Source of the DNA: Botryllus schlosseri
Taxonomy: Eukaryota
Reading direction: 5' to 3'
Assembly (NCBI GenBank): GCA_051294905.1
Contig: CM119371.1
Location: 21,330,001-21,394,000 of the forward strand
Length of the DNA stretch: 64,000 bases
The notes beneath the pieces are model-generated. The model had not been told where the DNA came from. It ran no database searches and worked only from the letters and a program-made list of their open reading frames with translations. Of the stretch, positions 1 through 13,191 are shown in pieces. The stretch's first letter is position 1. Every line of letters starts with the position of its first letter. The translations under genes and the position numbers were made by a program.

Positions 1-1194
1 TAATAATAATGGGCTAGCTCGAAGTTGGTCCCCAAGAAACTTACGAATAGTCTACTCCGCTTGGCATGAACATTGCGTAAGATTTACGCAGGACCGTAAC
101 TTTCGCACCCCAACCCCCCAACTGAAGGGGCCGAGCTTGAAGGGGGTCCAAAATTATTTTGAGAATTAACAGAAATCAATGTGTATTTGTTTGGAATTTT
201 TCAGGAATTTTTTCCGCGCCACACGCGTTTTATTATTGTCAGATATCTGATTATTGGGTACCTTTTGCCAACAAAAATTACGCATGATTTATAGAAATGG
301 GCAGTTGAGCGTCGGCCATTACCGCACCATGACGCCCCAAGATATATGAAGTTAAAGGCTAAGTAACATGCGACTCCAAGAAGTGCGCCAGAACGATCAG
401 CAGCGTGAAAACCTTGGGCGAAAAAGACTGCTCCGGTGCTGACCGAAAACGTCGATTTATACAAATATATGTGTAATTGTCCATGTCCATAGGCGCCTAA
501 ATGGCTGGCGCCGAATGTTCCTGTCCAGGCGATCCGAGTCCCACAACAAGACAAATGCCATATCGAGGGAACATTATTTTCCAGTTAAGAAATACCAATT
601 TGCAGTGGCGGCTCGTGACAATATCATGTGGTGGGGCAAGGGGTGTACGCGATTTTAATTATCTAAATGACGTCACAATAGTGTATTGCGACGTGAAAAT
701 GTGACTTCGTGATGGTCACACACAATTTGTATGCGGTATAGACATTAGGCATGGCATGGCATGGCCATGGGCATGGTTAACAAAGATTACGCATTTCAAA
801 TTATTCGAGACAAATATGAAGTACAGTAGTTCATACCTGCACAGTGCACATTTTAACGTTTGTATCAGTAGGCCTATTGCGCGCGGCGTGATTTCATAGT
901 TGAAAAATGTTCAACGACGAGTTCATTGAAATCTGGAATACCCAGAATGAGAGCGTAAGAATCGTGAGCACATCTAACGCATCGAGCCTAATCACTGCAG
1001 CAAAGTTGATAAAAAGCGATTTTTCATAGGAATTTTACAAGTTCACTAGTGGATACTGCTACGGAAAAAGGTGTATTGGAATATAAACCAGTCAAATCGA
1101 GTTGAGCAATGTTGACCATCGGGTAATATCGAGACACCGTTTGCAGTAGCCCGCATGGTTCAGATCACGTCATCCAATTTCGGTCGCACTAGAG

Positions 1195-2549
1195 CAGGGG
1201 TTCTCAACCTGGGGGGCGCGCCCCCCTTGGGGGGCGCGGGAGGCTGTCAGGAGGGCGCGAGAAATTGACGAAGTCAGTATAGGGGGGGCGCGAGAAATTG
1301 ACAAAGTCAGTATAAATTATACGTGTCTGAACATGTGTTTCACATCCATTATGAGAAGACGATTAATGAAGATGAAATTTATTCCATATTCAAGAAAGCT
1401 TGCAAAATACAAACTCTAGCAACAGCGCTCAACTGAGTATAGTCTGATTTCAACTTCATTTGAGCAAATTTTTGAAATTCTTTGGAGATATAGAGAGCAA
1501 TTCCCACGTGTAAGTCATTCATTGCTTCATAGCTTTGACAGTAGCCTAAAGCTTGTCGCGCTGGGCAGCTCTTGTTAGTAGCTTGCGAACTGCACTGCCT
1601 AAGACAGACTTAGATGCAACATAGGTGGCCCGGTTTCGCCCTCAATTAGGCTATAAATCAACACAATTATTTCATTTCGAAAACTGATCAAATTTAGCCT
1701 GGCAGGACAGAACGACGCCTTGCTCTCTGTACTCACTACCAGCATCAGGATTAGTCTCAGGGTGACCTACATTGAAATTAATTAATGGATGTCTTGTTTT
1801 TTGTTATTTTCAAACAAATTTGAAGAAATTTGTCAGCAATGTAAAAGACTCAACAACTGGAATGCAGATTCAAAATTGGCGTAAGATATACCTTATGTAT
1901 ACTATTAGATCAGGGGTCGGCAGCCTGCAGCCGTAGAAGGGAATTTGAGCGGCCGTCCACGCCTAATTCAATTAGTATGTGTTGGCGGCCGTAGACATGC
2001 AAATTGCAATTACGAATTCACTCCCGCATTTTCGAGAGATTTTAATTAATCTTGAAATTTTCTTCGCCCTCCGCGCAATTCAACAAGACTTCATTTTTCT
2101 ATTTTAATGCAGTAGCGCCCTTCTTAATCTGAGCCGGAATGGGAATTGGCAAGAAATAGCAATTCATTCGCGGCCCTGAAAAATTTTCGCGCTCCGCGCG
2201 ACAATATGCACCTCCCGGCAACTATTCATAACATTGCCACTCGCGATTTCGGTGCGTACAATAGGCCATTGTGAAAAGTAGAATAGTCCGGAGTTCACCA
2301 GGAATGGATATGGACAGTTTACCGTAGGAATTTTGCGTCCAGACCGTTCATTGCGGCTATGCCCTGGAATGCGGCCTTACGCTACATAAGCAATCGAAAT
2401 GCGGTCATGATTATCAGTAACGTTGCCCACCTCTGTATTAGATGATGTGATCTTTTTGACATGACGATAAATGCAAGGGGGTCAGGGGGGCGCGAGCTTT
2501 TTGACCATCTCCAAGGGGGGCGCGTGTCAAAAAAGGTTGATAACCACTG
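1195..2549 (+). mobile_element. hAT (Buster/Charlie-like) MITE Q, copy 1, carrying nested MITE B
   Basis: TIR CAGGGGTTCTCAACC / GGTTGATAACCACTG; perfect TSD CACTAGAG at 1187-1194 and 2550-2557; inverted copy at 30976-32329. Confidence 0.92.
1911..2435 (+). mobile_element. hAT MITE B nested in Q
   Basis: Ends CAGGGGTCGGCAGC / GTTGCCCACCTCTG; perfect TSD TATTAGAT at 1903-1910 and 2436-2443. Confidence 0.9.
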
Positions 2550-3029
2550 CACTAGAGACACTGTCCCCTGGCACCAGCAGTGTAAAAGTGTATTTGTATA
2601 ACAAGGCGTCCTTATCCTCGCTTATACGTCAGCCTTTCATTTTTTATCGAAGTACGTTGGGAAAAGGGTAAGAGTGCGCTTTCCTTCCGTGTACGGTTAG
2701 ATCAATGGATAATTTCCAGGCTGATAAGGGCCGAGTCTTGTGTAAAAACACCGAATTTAGCGTAAAATATATTAAGGTATAGACTGATCAAGCGATCAGC
2801 TGTTAGCCGTCATCGAAAACGAACTATAGCTAACGCGCTTGACATAGGGATGTCAGCAAATGGCTTGAAGGCCACAATTTCACGGTAAAATTGACATTGG
2901 AGAATATAAAATAGAGTAAAGATTTGAATGCAATCCGCGAATCTTAGTAACCTCATTTATGAGATCATCATCTCTTCACCTATCTCAGTATGAAACACGG
3001 TTAAAATTAGCACAGACCAACACAGGCTT

Positions 3030-3640
3030 TGCGTGAAATCCGCAATGCGGTAGTTAGCATTAGGCCATGTGTCAGATCAGCACCCATCTCTACTATACTT
3101 GACCTCGATAACGAAATTAGTGTCCAAATCATTGAGTGTCAACCTCGAGACTTGGCACAACGTTTGATACTGAAATCAAGACATACCGTCCAAAAGCTCA
3201 AGACCGATCTAGGTATGGAGCATCGTTAAAATCGATAGAGACCAATACCGGTTTTGCGTAAAATCTGTTAGTGATAAATGGCGAGTCAGCTCTCACTCGA
3301 CTCAGGAGACGAAATTACCACTCACATAGTTCCGTGATAAACTTAAAACTTGGTACGGCGTTCGATACTAACACTATGACTAACTATGCCAAATGCCATG
3401 ACAGATCTGGGCATGAAACATCGTCAAAATCAATGGAGACCAATACCCGCTTTTAAGTAAAATCTGTTTGCGATACATGACGGATTAGCACACTGTCAAC
3501 GTTGGAAACGAAATTACTGCCCTACACTTTAATTAGCAACCCTGAAACTTGGAGCGGTGTTAAATACCACCTTCACGACATAACATACCAAGTTTCAAGA
3601 ATTATCAATGTGTGAAACATCGCAAAAATCGTCCAATACC
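3030..3640. repeat. Degenerate tandem repeat, about 3 units of about 199 bp, inside element P
   Basis: CGAAATTA recurs near 3112/3310/3509 and CTTGG at 3151/3349/3548; GAGACCAATACC recurs near 3238 and 3436. Confidence 0.7.
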
Positions 3641-4405
3641 AGCTAAGGTCGACTCAACGCGTGTGCCGGTAACCGAGTTGAGATATAGATGCGATTGTTA
3701 CATCACACCTTAAGGGCAACCAGGTAAGTTGCCCTACTTGCTCGGTAATTTTATGAATAGGAGAGAGTAAATCACCGTTTCTTTATTGTGCGCGGATTTT
3801 AGAGAATAGACAGTGAAAGCTTGTTATGAGCGCTACCGGGGCAAGCCCCGGCTAGGCATTCACAAAGCGAAAACACAGAAGAGAATTCGATTTTCGCGTA
3901 GACTGCGCTAGGTATGGGCATTTACAAGCGAAAGCACAAGAAGAATGCGGGTTTCGCTGTGATATCGGTATATATTGGTTGCTGTGCGTCTATAAATGGT
4001 AAATGATTGTTATTGAACAGCATTTTTGGTGGGGCAATGCCCCAGTTGCCCTATAGGACGAGCCGCCACTGCCAATTTGAAATCGTGTACGTCTTTTACT
4101 TTAGTACGTTTTGGCGATTTCAACATCTTTTGACATAGCAGATAGGGGGTCACGAAATAGCATCATGTAACGAAGTCATTATATCAACGGGTACGCCCGA
4201 TGATGTTTTATTATTATTTAGAGGGCATATCTATTCCAAAACACCTCAGTGGATCAGCTCTACCGGTAAATCTGATTATGTGAGCATGGAGAGGATAAAA
4301 ATTAATAGCAATATATAGGCAATTCCCGATCATATTGGCCGATGCAATCATGAATTATATAAATGTGTCGCGCTTCGTGCGTTCAAGTACGCTGCTACTA
4401 AATGG

Positions 4406-5347
4406 CAGTGTCGGGATCAAGTCACTACCTTCGAGTTACGAATCATCTCGAGTCATTGCACATTTTGACTCGAGTCAAGTCAAGTCAATCGATTTTTGAA
4501 GGTGACTCGAGTCAAGTCAAGTCACTCGTTTTTTTGAGGTGACTCGAGTCAAGTCGAGTCAAGTCAAGTCAATTCACAATTCAAGTCAAATTGAATCTTC
4601 GAAGAATCAGTGACGATTTAAAGTCATTACATTTTGCTAGCTATGTGCAAAAAGAACAATTGGTCATTTATCCTGAATCAAATAACAAGAATACAGTTGA
4701 ATATGCATGCAAGAAGGCGCTGTATCGCTCATGCACACCTAGAACTGCAAATAAAAGACATGAGAAACTGTATATAGCAACACGCTAAAGTCTGTTATTA
4801 TCAGTCAAGAGGATCGAATACCTAGCCTTGAGAAGTTGAAACAACTTGATATAGTACAATCCACTACCCATCTACCTACGTATTCGTGAGAATATAAACG
4901 CATAAACTATATTCACTCGATTTAAATCATACAAGAGGGTTGGAAAAGCTGATCACTGCGCAATGTAGGCACTGAGCCGTCTACGAAACAGAGATACGTT
5001 ACTATTAGAATAATATTAATCTACTTCTACTACGACAACGCAAGCTGTGATCATTTCCTTTGTGGTCACTTTATTTGTGATGTAACAATAGAGGATATTT
5101 AGTGAAACGTACATGATTGGTTGGTGGTTACACTCACAATGTGACACAGGCGTATCGCCAACAATACGAACATACAGTAAATACAGTAATTTAATCGACA
5201 CCGTTTAGTTGCTGACTTGAAATTGACTCGTACATTTGCTCCGAGTCACGAGTCAATCCGCATTTGTGAAGCGCCGAGTCAAGTCAAGTCAAGTCATTTT
5301 TCCAAAGTGACTCGAGTCAAGTCATGACTCGAGTCATCCCAACACTG
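4406..5347. mobile_element. Family F-related hAT element with GACTCGAGTC/AGTCA subterminal arrays
   Basis: TIR CAGTGTCGGGAT / ATCCCAACACTG; TSD CTAAATGG / GTAAATGG (7/8); repeat arrays at 4466-4590 and 5225-5336. Confidence 0.85.
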
Positions 5348-6661
5348 GTAAATGGGCACCAAATGTAGATGATAAGTACCGGAAAAGCCTAGAGCCCTAA
5401 GGGGGTCTGGGGGGAGAGGTCCCCCAGTAGTTAGTTTCATCACCCTATTGGAGAGTGGTTGCGCACTGTTGTCCGAGGGCTTGCGCAGTGAGTTGGCGTG
5501 TTTGCGCAGACTCTTGAAAAATTAGAGGGAACATTGCTAGCAAGGCATTTTCGTGGAACAGTATCTGTAATTCACAAAATTGAAGGCGCCCAGTATCATT
5601 CGCAGAGCATCATTATTGCTCTCTGCCTTGAGAAAGATGCAGTTTTTGGACCTGCAGTCTTTGAATCCATAGCTTAACTCTACCACTGCTAATACAACTA
5701 AAACAGGGATAAGCATTGAGCAATCATAAGTAATAATTTACATTGCAAACTATGAAACGATGCATCATTTGCACCGCATCATGTTAAAAGCGCGAGCGCA
5801 TATTCGCAATAAACTTGGTTGCAACAACAAATTTCTTCATAGTCTTTGTTTTGCCTGAAACATACGCAACAATGTCCGCAAATCATTTGTAGAGCAACTC
5901 TGCTGACACCGCTTCAATCTCTATTTACTCGTGCAATAATTGTGATATGTCTTGTGTACCGCTACTTATACTTGTGCTTGAGTGAAAATGTATGACGATA
6001 CTACCATGTCTACTTGAGTGGGGAGCGCTTCTGACGTTGTGATCAGTGATGAGCGGAGTCTGCTTTTCGAGACTCCGAATCCCTCCGTCCGTCTCTAAGG
6101 CAAACTCCCTCCGACTCCGAAGAGTTCAATCCCTGACTCCGACATACTTCGAAGAATCTCATCAAGTATACGAAACATCCATGTCGGTAGAGTTAGGCTA
6201 TTCAATAACATTGTCGAAGAATCCCAAATGTACAGCTCCGCTGAGAATGCATTAGACTAGAATATCGCTATAGTTGTATATCTGATACATAACGAAAGAA
6301 AAATAAATCTAAGATTGTACTGGCAAGAGGCAAGCATCAGGAAGGAACTAGAAAGGGTAGCACTACTCAAGATTGATCTGATATCAGAGCATTTTTGTGC
6401 GGTGTAGCCTAATCCGGGTTTTAATGTACCGTAGTCGTGATGACTATGCTATTGTTAACGTCATTGCGGAAGTCAAATTAATTGAGCATTAGATGTTGCC
6501 TTCGATTATTATTGCAACATATCAATAGCAATTTTAATATAATCATTATTGAGTCATAGTAATGGCATTGTTTCTGAGCCTCAGCGGTCGCACACTTTAT
6601 GCTACTTATAAGATTTCTCGTAGCGCCTGTTCATTTTCAACGCAATTTCAGATGGTATATA

Positions 6662-9129
6662 GTTTTGACGCGAGTCAAGTCGAGTCATTTTCAATTCACC
6701 ACCGAGTGAAGTCCGAATCCAAGTCATCGAGGAGAGGGTCGAGTCCGAGTCATGGTATTATGAATCGAGTGCGAGTCCAAGTCATTGTGATGACTACTCA
6801 GTTTCCAGTTAAAGTCTTGTTAAATCCACTTTTTATACCTCTGTTTGGTGATAATATCGGATGATTCGCATGTACAATATACTAATTTTCCTCACTTTTA
6901 GCAGTTTCTAGTCGCATTTTCAAGTACCAGTACTAAATAGACGAAATCCCAGTAGCGTGGTTACTTTACTATTCTTCGAAACTACAATGAAATATCGGTT
7001 TTGACCGTCCCGATCTCGAGTCAATGACTCGAGTCCAAGTCGAGTCAATACACAGATATACTCTAGTCCAGTGCTTTTCAACCTTTTTGAGCTCCATTCG
7101 CACTTTTTTCCTAAAATAAATTTCATTCGCACAAACTAACCGAAAATTGTCATACAAAAGGAAGTTGGAGATACTTAACAACATTTTGTTCAGATGTGCA
7201 ACGAATTGGCTACTATGCAGATTAAGCTATCAAGTGTGTTATTAGAAAGGCAACTTTTTTCGCTCGTTTTGATATCAACTATTTTACTAAAACATTTTTC
7301 GGCCAAACAAGTTGTTAGGTATTGTACAAGAGCGTCTATTAGTGCGTGGATGGCCAGGTCTTAAAATCTGTTCTGCACTCTTATCAAAATACAGCGTATT
7401 ATTAGCGAGCAAAAAATGCTTGTTGGCAGAAATCGTTTTTGAGAGCTGACTCAATGGTCCCGGAGGCTCCAGTTTGTCGAAAGAGTGAAAACCCACATGT
7501 TTATGTTGATAATTCTGCCTTATATAAAGGAAAATAAGGTTCAGAACGATCAAGGAGTGTAGGCACATTAGAGGTCGCTAGCTTATGATACGTTGCTCGA
7601 ACTTGTGTCTTGTTTTCTCCCCATTTTCTGTCTCACGAATATATGCGAAGAGCAAATAAACTCACGATACTGTGTGTTCGTCTATTTAGCTCAATCTAAA
7701 ATGAGAATTCATATCAATTTAATAACCTTGAAGCAGCTTTTCAGACTACCACCAAAATCTGAGTTTTTGTGACATATCTCGCAACCCGAGCCTTAATGAA
7801 AAATGAAAATGGAATTCATTTTTAATATTACAGTAGTATGCTACGATTTCGCGGACATGTAGGCTATGACATACAGAACGCACACACCACAATTCTACCC
7901 AACACAGCTCTCAAAACATGTCTGACGCACGCGATTTCAAATTAGGGTGATTAAATTCCTCTGCGTGTCGCAGTTGTTCTAGTCTACTCAGACTGCAAGA
8001 ATTGGACTATTCCGTGCCGACAACGGAGCAGATCCATATCGAAAGGTTTGGCCATCCAGCATCGGCCATTGTTGGCCAAGCTGCTGTCGCCGCTTAGGAT
8101 TTTGGCACCGCATTTTATCAGCGGTATGATGGCCCAAACCTTTACGTCTTCATGCGCCCCGACGCAGAAGGGGTTAGCCTCGAAGTCGAAATGAATGTGT
8201 CTTATTGGCCTGAACTCGCTCGTTGCACACCCCTACACTAGTTCATCCCATCGGTCTTCATCCATGTTTTCCAGAAAAACCATTCGGGCAAATCTTATCC
8301 TGAATTCAAATCAAAGGTCGGCAGATTCTCATGATCAAGTCGTATTTCTGCGTGTCTCGTTTATTGGCCACGGTACGCAACGCAGTGACCTTGGATATGT
8401 AAAAACTATCGCAGGATTTTTTGCAATAAATCAACCCAATATTACATATGCATATTAACAGATAGCTCTGGCACCTTGTCGACCCAAACTTATATACTTT
8501 GCGGGCCACACCTTAATAACCCTTCAATGGATGAAAATTTGCGTTACAGTAACTTGTAAATGTGAGTCTTTATTGATGGTATTTACTACTATCCTCGTGC
8601 CGTCAATTTGACGTCATTTTCTCAGCCTGTCAAAGGCTTAAACTGGCTGATATACTGTATGTCTGCCACTACATCATGGTGTGTGTATCTGCAGCTTCCA
8701 AACCAGACTTTCGGTTACGTAGGAATTATAGGGCAAAAATATTAGTTCACTATACGGTTCGTGAGAGCTACGATTAGTGGTGCGTCGTAACTTAAGCAAG
8801 TTACTATTACGTCGCAACTAGAAAAGCTATACTGCCCTTGAATTTCATATTAGGGCAATTTGAATTATTCTACGTCAGAAAAATTACCAATCATTTACGA
8901 TTTTCATTCGCACTCAATCCGGATTTTCATTCGCCCCATTCGCACCACCTTCATCATTCGCACTGCAATTTTTTTCATTCGCACAAGTGTGAACCGTCAC
9001 ACAGGTCGAAAAGCACTGCTCTAGTCGAGTAGATTCATTTCCTTATTTTGAGAAAATCACTCGAGTCAAGTCGAGTCATCAGAAAATAGTGACTCGAGCC
9101 GAGTCATGACTCGGGTCATTACAACCCCG
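6662..9129 (+). mobile_element. Family F element (left end eroded), interrupted by element K
   Basis: GAGTC arrays colinear with 21064-21760 and 62520-64000; right end ATTACAACCCCG resembles the F2 end ATTACAACCCTG. Confidence 0.75.
7069..9018 (+). mobile_element. hAT-type element K
   Basis: TIR CAGTGCTTTTCAACC / GGTCGAAAAGCACTG; perfect TSD CTCTAGTC at 7061-7068 and 9019-9026; end fragments recur at 25032 and 49312. Confidence 0.9.
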
Positions 9130-11749
9130 GCATCCAGGCATCACACTATTATGACATCCACTGGAATGGTCTGACTGGTATAGGAGCATTCTAAAAGTTA
9201 CTTCCACTGGGAGTCACTTGGAGTTACATAATTGAAAGAGAATTTGTGACTTAATGAGCAAGTCCTCAGTCACTAAACATGGGACGTGAGACCATTGGGA
9301 ACAATTGTGGACGTACCCGTAGGTCCGTGCGAGATCGCGTGTTCGCTGGCATTTTGCGCATAATTTCTAAATGCCAAAGAAATCGCTCGCGGCACACTTG
9401 CGAGACGTAAATCGAACACTGTTGCGCGGCACACCGGTTGAACGCCACTGGCTAAGATGTTGGCGTAAAAAGGGTAAGCATTTTCATCGCGGCCGTGTGG
9501 TGCTGAATTTGTCATGATTTTTCCTGCTTGCTAGCAACTTATTCGAGGTATGCACATGCACAATTGCGGTCAAATGTCGCAACTCAAAGAATGCTTAATG
9601 ATTGATTTTAGTGAGTTTCAAATAAGTCATGAAGTTGATTTCACGAATACGAAAACTTAGTAATTTGATTCAGTGCACACACTGGTTCTAGCTTTACATA
9701 GTCATGTATAGTTGAAACCGGAATTAGTCGTCGAAGAACTAAATTTGACAGAGTCGAAAGTTGATTGCATTGACACCCAAAAGTAGAGCTGAAGTATAAA
9801 TGATCTAAGTCTCATATGTCATTCAAATCTAACACGCATTGTTTTATGTCTGTATAATTGTAGAATACAGATCCGGTTCCATCCTCTGATATTTTTCAAT
9901 CGGAAAAATGTCTACAAACATTGCAGTGTAACTTAATTGGAAGTAATGATGGAGCTCGTACCAGTGTATCAACACAGACTATAACCACAAAATTGCATGT
10001 ATCATCGCATAGGCTCACGCAGGTGCGTTATGGAGATTGCAAGTTGCTATTTCGGTGAAAATCATAAGTTAATAAACAGGATATCAATCTAATGCTAATG
10101 TTGGTTGCGGACTAGAAAAATTCAGTGCTTTGTCAGTAATAAATTGAGCATTGTAAGTTGTGGCGACCATATGTTGGGTCGCGACTGACAGGTTGCCGAC
10201 TACTAGCATAGCCGAACATACTACGCTATTGGTACTGGAACACATGTTATATCGCAGTTTATTTGTTTGCATCATTGCGTAAATACCTATATCGAATAGC
10301 CAGTAAACTTCAACGAAAAAGCAAAAAAGAAATATTTTTGAACAACCTATATTATAGGGCTCTAATCATTCCAAAATACCAATTTAATTTTTCATTTATG
10401 CCAAAACTGACAAAAATCCTATTTCTGATTTTCAAATCGATTGCATACCTCAGAAAATCCTTCACTTACTGTTCTCAGTTCAAATCTCTAATTCTGGATT
10501 TGACTTAACCACCCTGGTCGAGATATTTCCAAGACAGAAAAGATGAGCAGCCCGCATACGAAGGACAATTATATTTATGAAAACTTTTCTCATGTGTATA
10601 ATAAAAAACAAAATATTTCAGATCGCTATCGCGTTTTGTTGTTTCACATTTATTATCGTAACTTCAACTCTAAAAGCAACCAAAAAGAGTCCTAAATATG
10701 TAGACATTGAAAATGTAGCATTTATAATTATATGTAAACTTTTTTATCTTGAAAATGATTTTCTGCTCTTTGCGTGGACTATCATCACGCAATATCGATA
10801 TGACTTATGCATCAATATTATAAAAATAATTTTCTCGGGGCTATGTTACGCCACATCAATCTCCAACATGCATTTTAACTTCATTAAACCTGGTTTTCTT
10901 TGATTACAGATACATACATCGGTTGTTTTCTAGTGACGTTGAATGAGTTTGATTCCGGAATAAGTGGGGAAATATTGACGATCTTCATTAATTATATTGA
11001 TGTAAAACTGGATACTTATATCTAATGAGACATTATCTTTGTTTTGTCTAATTTTGTCGATTGTACCTACATATTTCTGGTGGCAGTGATTCCCAAAACT
11101 TCCCGCATATACTTCACGGCCTGTTTTCGATGATAAGGCGACCTACATCGCCGACGTAAGAGACAAAGAGTTAGAGAATGGAATTGAAGTGCTGTTTAAA
11201 TACATAATTATGTAGAAAATATTTATAATTAAAACGCCGTATTATTTCCATACATCAAAAATAAAATAATGACTGAGATAAGGGTCAACTGAGAAAGTAT
11301 GAAAGTGTATCAAACATGGCATGAAACAATAAGGCTATGGTATGCAAAGTTGTAAGTAAGGTAGGGAACGAGTGAAGCCGATTTCGAAAATGGAAATTAC
11401 CCGTATCATACCGTACCAAACTATGTCGTGAATAAGGCCAAAGTATAATTAAACAATATTCATTATAATCAATCAAATTCATTAATTTACCTCGGATATA
11501 ATTCTCCTCAGGTAGACATCGTGGAAAAGCTCTCAATATGCATGCGGAAAATTGTTTCGGTTATCTCTCAAGGATTAAATGAGGTGAGAAAACATTTCGG
11601 TTCATGATTGATTGATGGAATTTCACGTAATCGTCAAGGTCTGCCGATCCATTTGATGACAAAGCAATAAATTTTTCATAAACCTGAAGTACCGGGCACA
11701 TCCGTATTCATAATATATATCTTCGAGTCATGTGTGTATCTATGATGAG

Positions 11750-12621
11750 TAGGGCGTGTTTTTTTTACCTAAAAAAAGGAAAATTTTGACCTAAAAAATC
11801 CAAATTTTGACTTTTTTTGACCTAAAAAATCTGAATTTTGACCAAATTTTGACCTAACGTATGCAAATTAGGTGTTTTCCCACATAATGTGAAAATTGTA
11901 CCACTTATCTTCATTTCTGGTTGGAACTGACTGTCCTAACGAAGTAGTTTGGGCTGAAAAAACGTTTTTGGCTTAGAAAAAGGCAACTTTTTACACAAAA
12001 AAAACAATATTTTAACGAAATCTGGCCCTATGAAGAATTCCAGTGGTTGGTTACAATATGTATCATGGTAGAAATAATTGAAAAATTTTGTAGTACAACG
12101 AGGATACTTTCTTACATTCTTGTGTAGAAAGTGCATGTCCTTACTAAGAAGATTGCCAATGACGTTCAACAGCAGCAGTTGTTGGCTGACAACACTCAAG
12201 TTGCGCGTAAACTGCTGGTGACACACTGTGTTGCTCATTCTGACGATGTTGTCAACATCACAATTTTTCATCATGCACTTTTTCATATAAGACTGTTCCA
12301 TATCGCAAGAAGTCTTTCTTCAGTTAGGATATTGCGGTACGTTGACCATAACACCATGTTTAGCTACTTGTTTCATTTGACCGTTTATGATCCACAATGA
12401 GCAGACAATTAGCCGTTTACAACAGTAGGCCTATAAAATAGGCTACAAGCTGTAAAATATCAAATGATAAGTTCACCGACAGTGCAAAATCTACGTTGCA
12501 AACGAAATGCAGACGTGAAAAATTTTTTGACTTAATGAAAAATTTTGACAAATTTTGACCTAACGCTACAATTTTGACAAAATTTTGACAAATTTTGACA
12601 TGTCAAAAAAAAAACGCCCTA
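11750..12621. mobile_element. hAT deletion-derivative O with AAATTTTGAC subterminal repeats
   Basis: TIR TAGGGCG(TG)TTTTTTT / AAAAAAAACGCCCTA; perfect TSD ATGATGAG at 11742-11749 and 12622-12629. Confidence 0.9.
12105..12330 (-). pseudogene. hAT transposase C-terminal (dimerisation-region) relic inside element O
   Basis: Minus-strand translation gives CCQPTTAAVER, then LLSKDMHFLHKNVRKY in a shifted frame, resembling the hAT (P/A)T(S/T)AxxERxFS motif and tail. Confidence 0.55.
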
Positions 12622-12900
12622 ATGATGAGGCATCTACAAAATTAAACCTTTTGGTACAACACAATACCAGATTAACAGATTCAAAAGGCTGCCGTGGCAT
12701 TGATTGGAAGCGCTCATTGAAGGTGATGGACCTGTAACGCTCGTGTTACATATTGAAACTGAAGCAAATGTGTATTTTTGTGGTGTTCTCTGATGGTACC
12801 TTTAATTTCGGATACCTCAACGGCAGAAACAAACAACACTATAAGCATTTCACGCCCCATGCAGATGCACGCAATCTATGTCATCTATCATGTTTCTCAG

Positions 12901-13191
12901 AAACTGGCTGTGTACCATTATGAACGTGAAGTACTCCGATCCGCGTATATGACAGAGTGTGATGATGAATATAAGATGATGTACGAAACATGCATTGGTG
13001 GTTGCGAAATCCGACAGATTAAAAAATTGGTATACGAAGCTTCAGAGGTACAAAAACACCAGGAAGACCTTCTTGAGCGAAATGAAGATAACAAAGATAC
13101 CACAATCTTCCCTGATAGAAGGAATATTCCCCTTCAACCCAGGAATATTTTTCGACGGATTTTAGACTATTTCAGATTATTATTTCCTTAG
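12901..13191 (+). CDS. Possible terminal coding exon of an unidentified host gene
   Basis: Acceptor-like TGTTTCTCAG ends at 12900, followed by an open frame KLAVYHYE...FRLLFP* (distal part of ORF 12778-13191). No family recognised. Confidence 0.3.
   Translation, partial: KLAVYHYEREVLRSAYMTECDDEYKMMYETCIGGCEIRQIKKLVYEASEVQKHQEDLLERNEDNKDTTIFPDRRNIPLQPRNIFRRILDYFRLLFP

Larger units (their letters stand above)
603..4071. mobile_element. hAT-type non-autonomous element P
   Basis: TIR CAGTGGCGGCTCGT (603) / ACGAGCCGCCACTG (4071); perfect 8-bp TSD CCAATTTG at 595-602 and 4072-4079. Confidence 0.9.
89..4400 (+). mobile_element. Family A non-autonomous DNA element (CAGGGCCGTAAC-like end), interrupted by element P; right boundary approximate
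   Basis: Starts CAGGACCGTAAC at 89. Segments 89-602 and 4080-4400 join into sequence colinear with the reverse complement of about 41340-42090 and 18240-18985; its left part also matches 63236-63590. Confidence 0.7.

Noticed and set aside
201..554. Paralogous ORFs 201-554, 41740-42051 and 63311-63514 as a gene family
   Set aside because: Similarity comes from repeat family A; starts, stops and frames are not conserved.
4466..4590. GACTCGAGTCAAGTC repeats as a CRISPR array
   Set aside because: No constant repeat with unique spacers and no cas genes; the arrays sit inside TIR/TSD-bounded elements.
7287..8300. LINE 3' fragments inside element K (HPRTNRR, LENMDEDRW peptides)
   Set aside because: Resemblance too short and degenerate to support without a database search.
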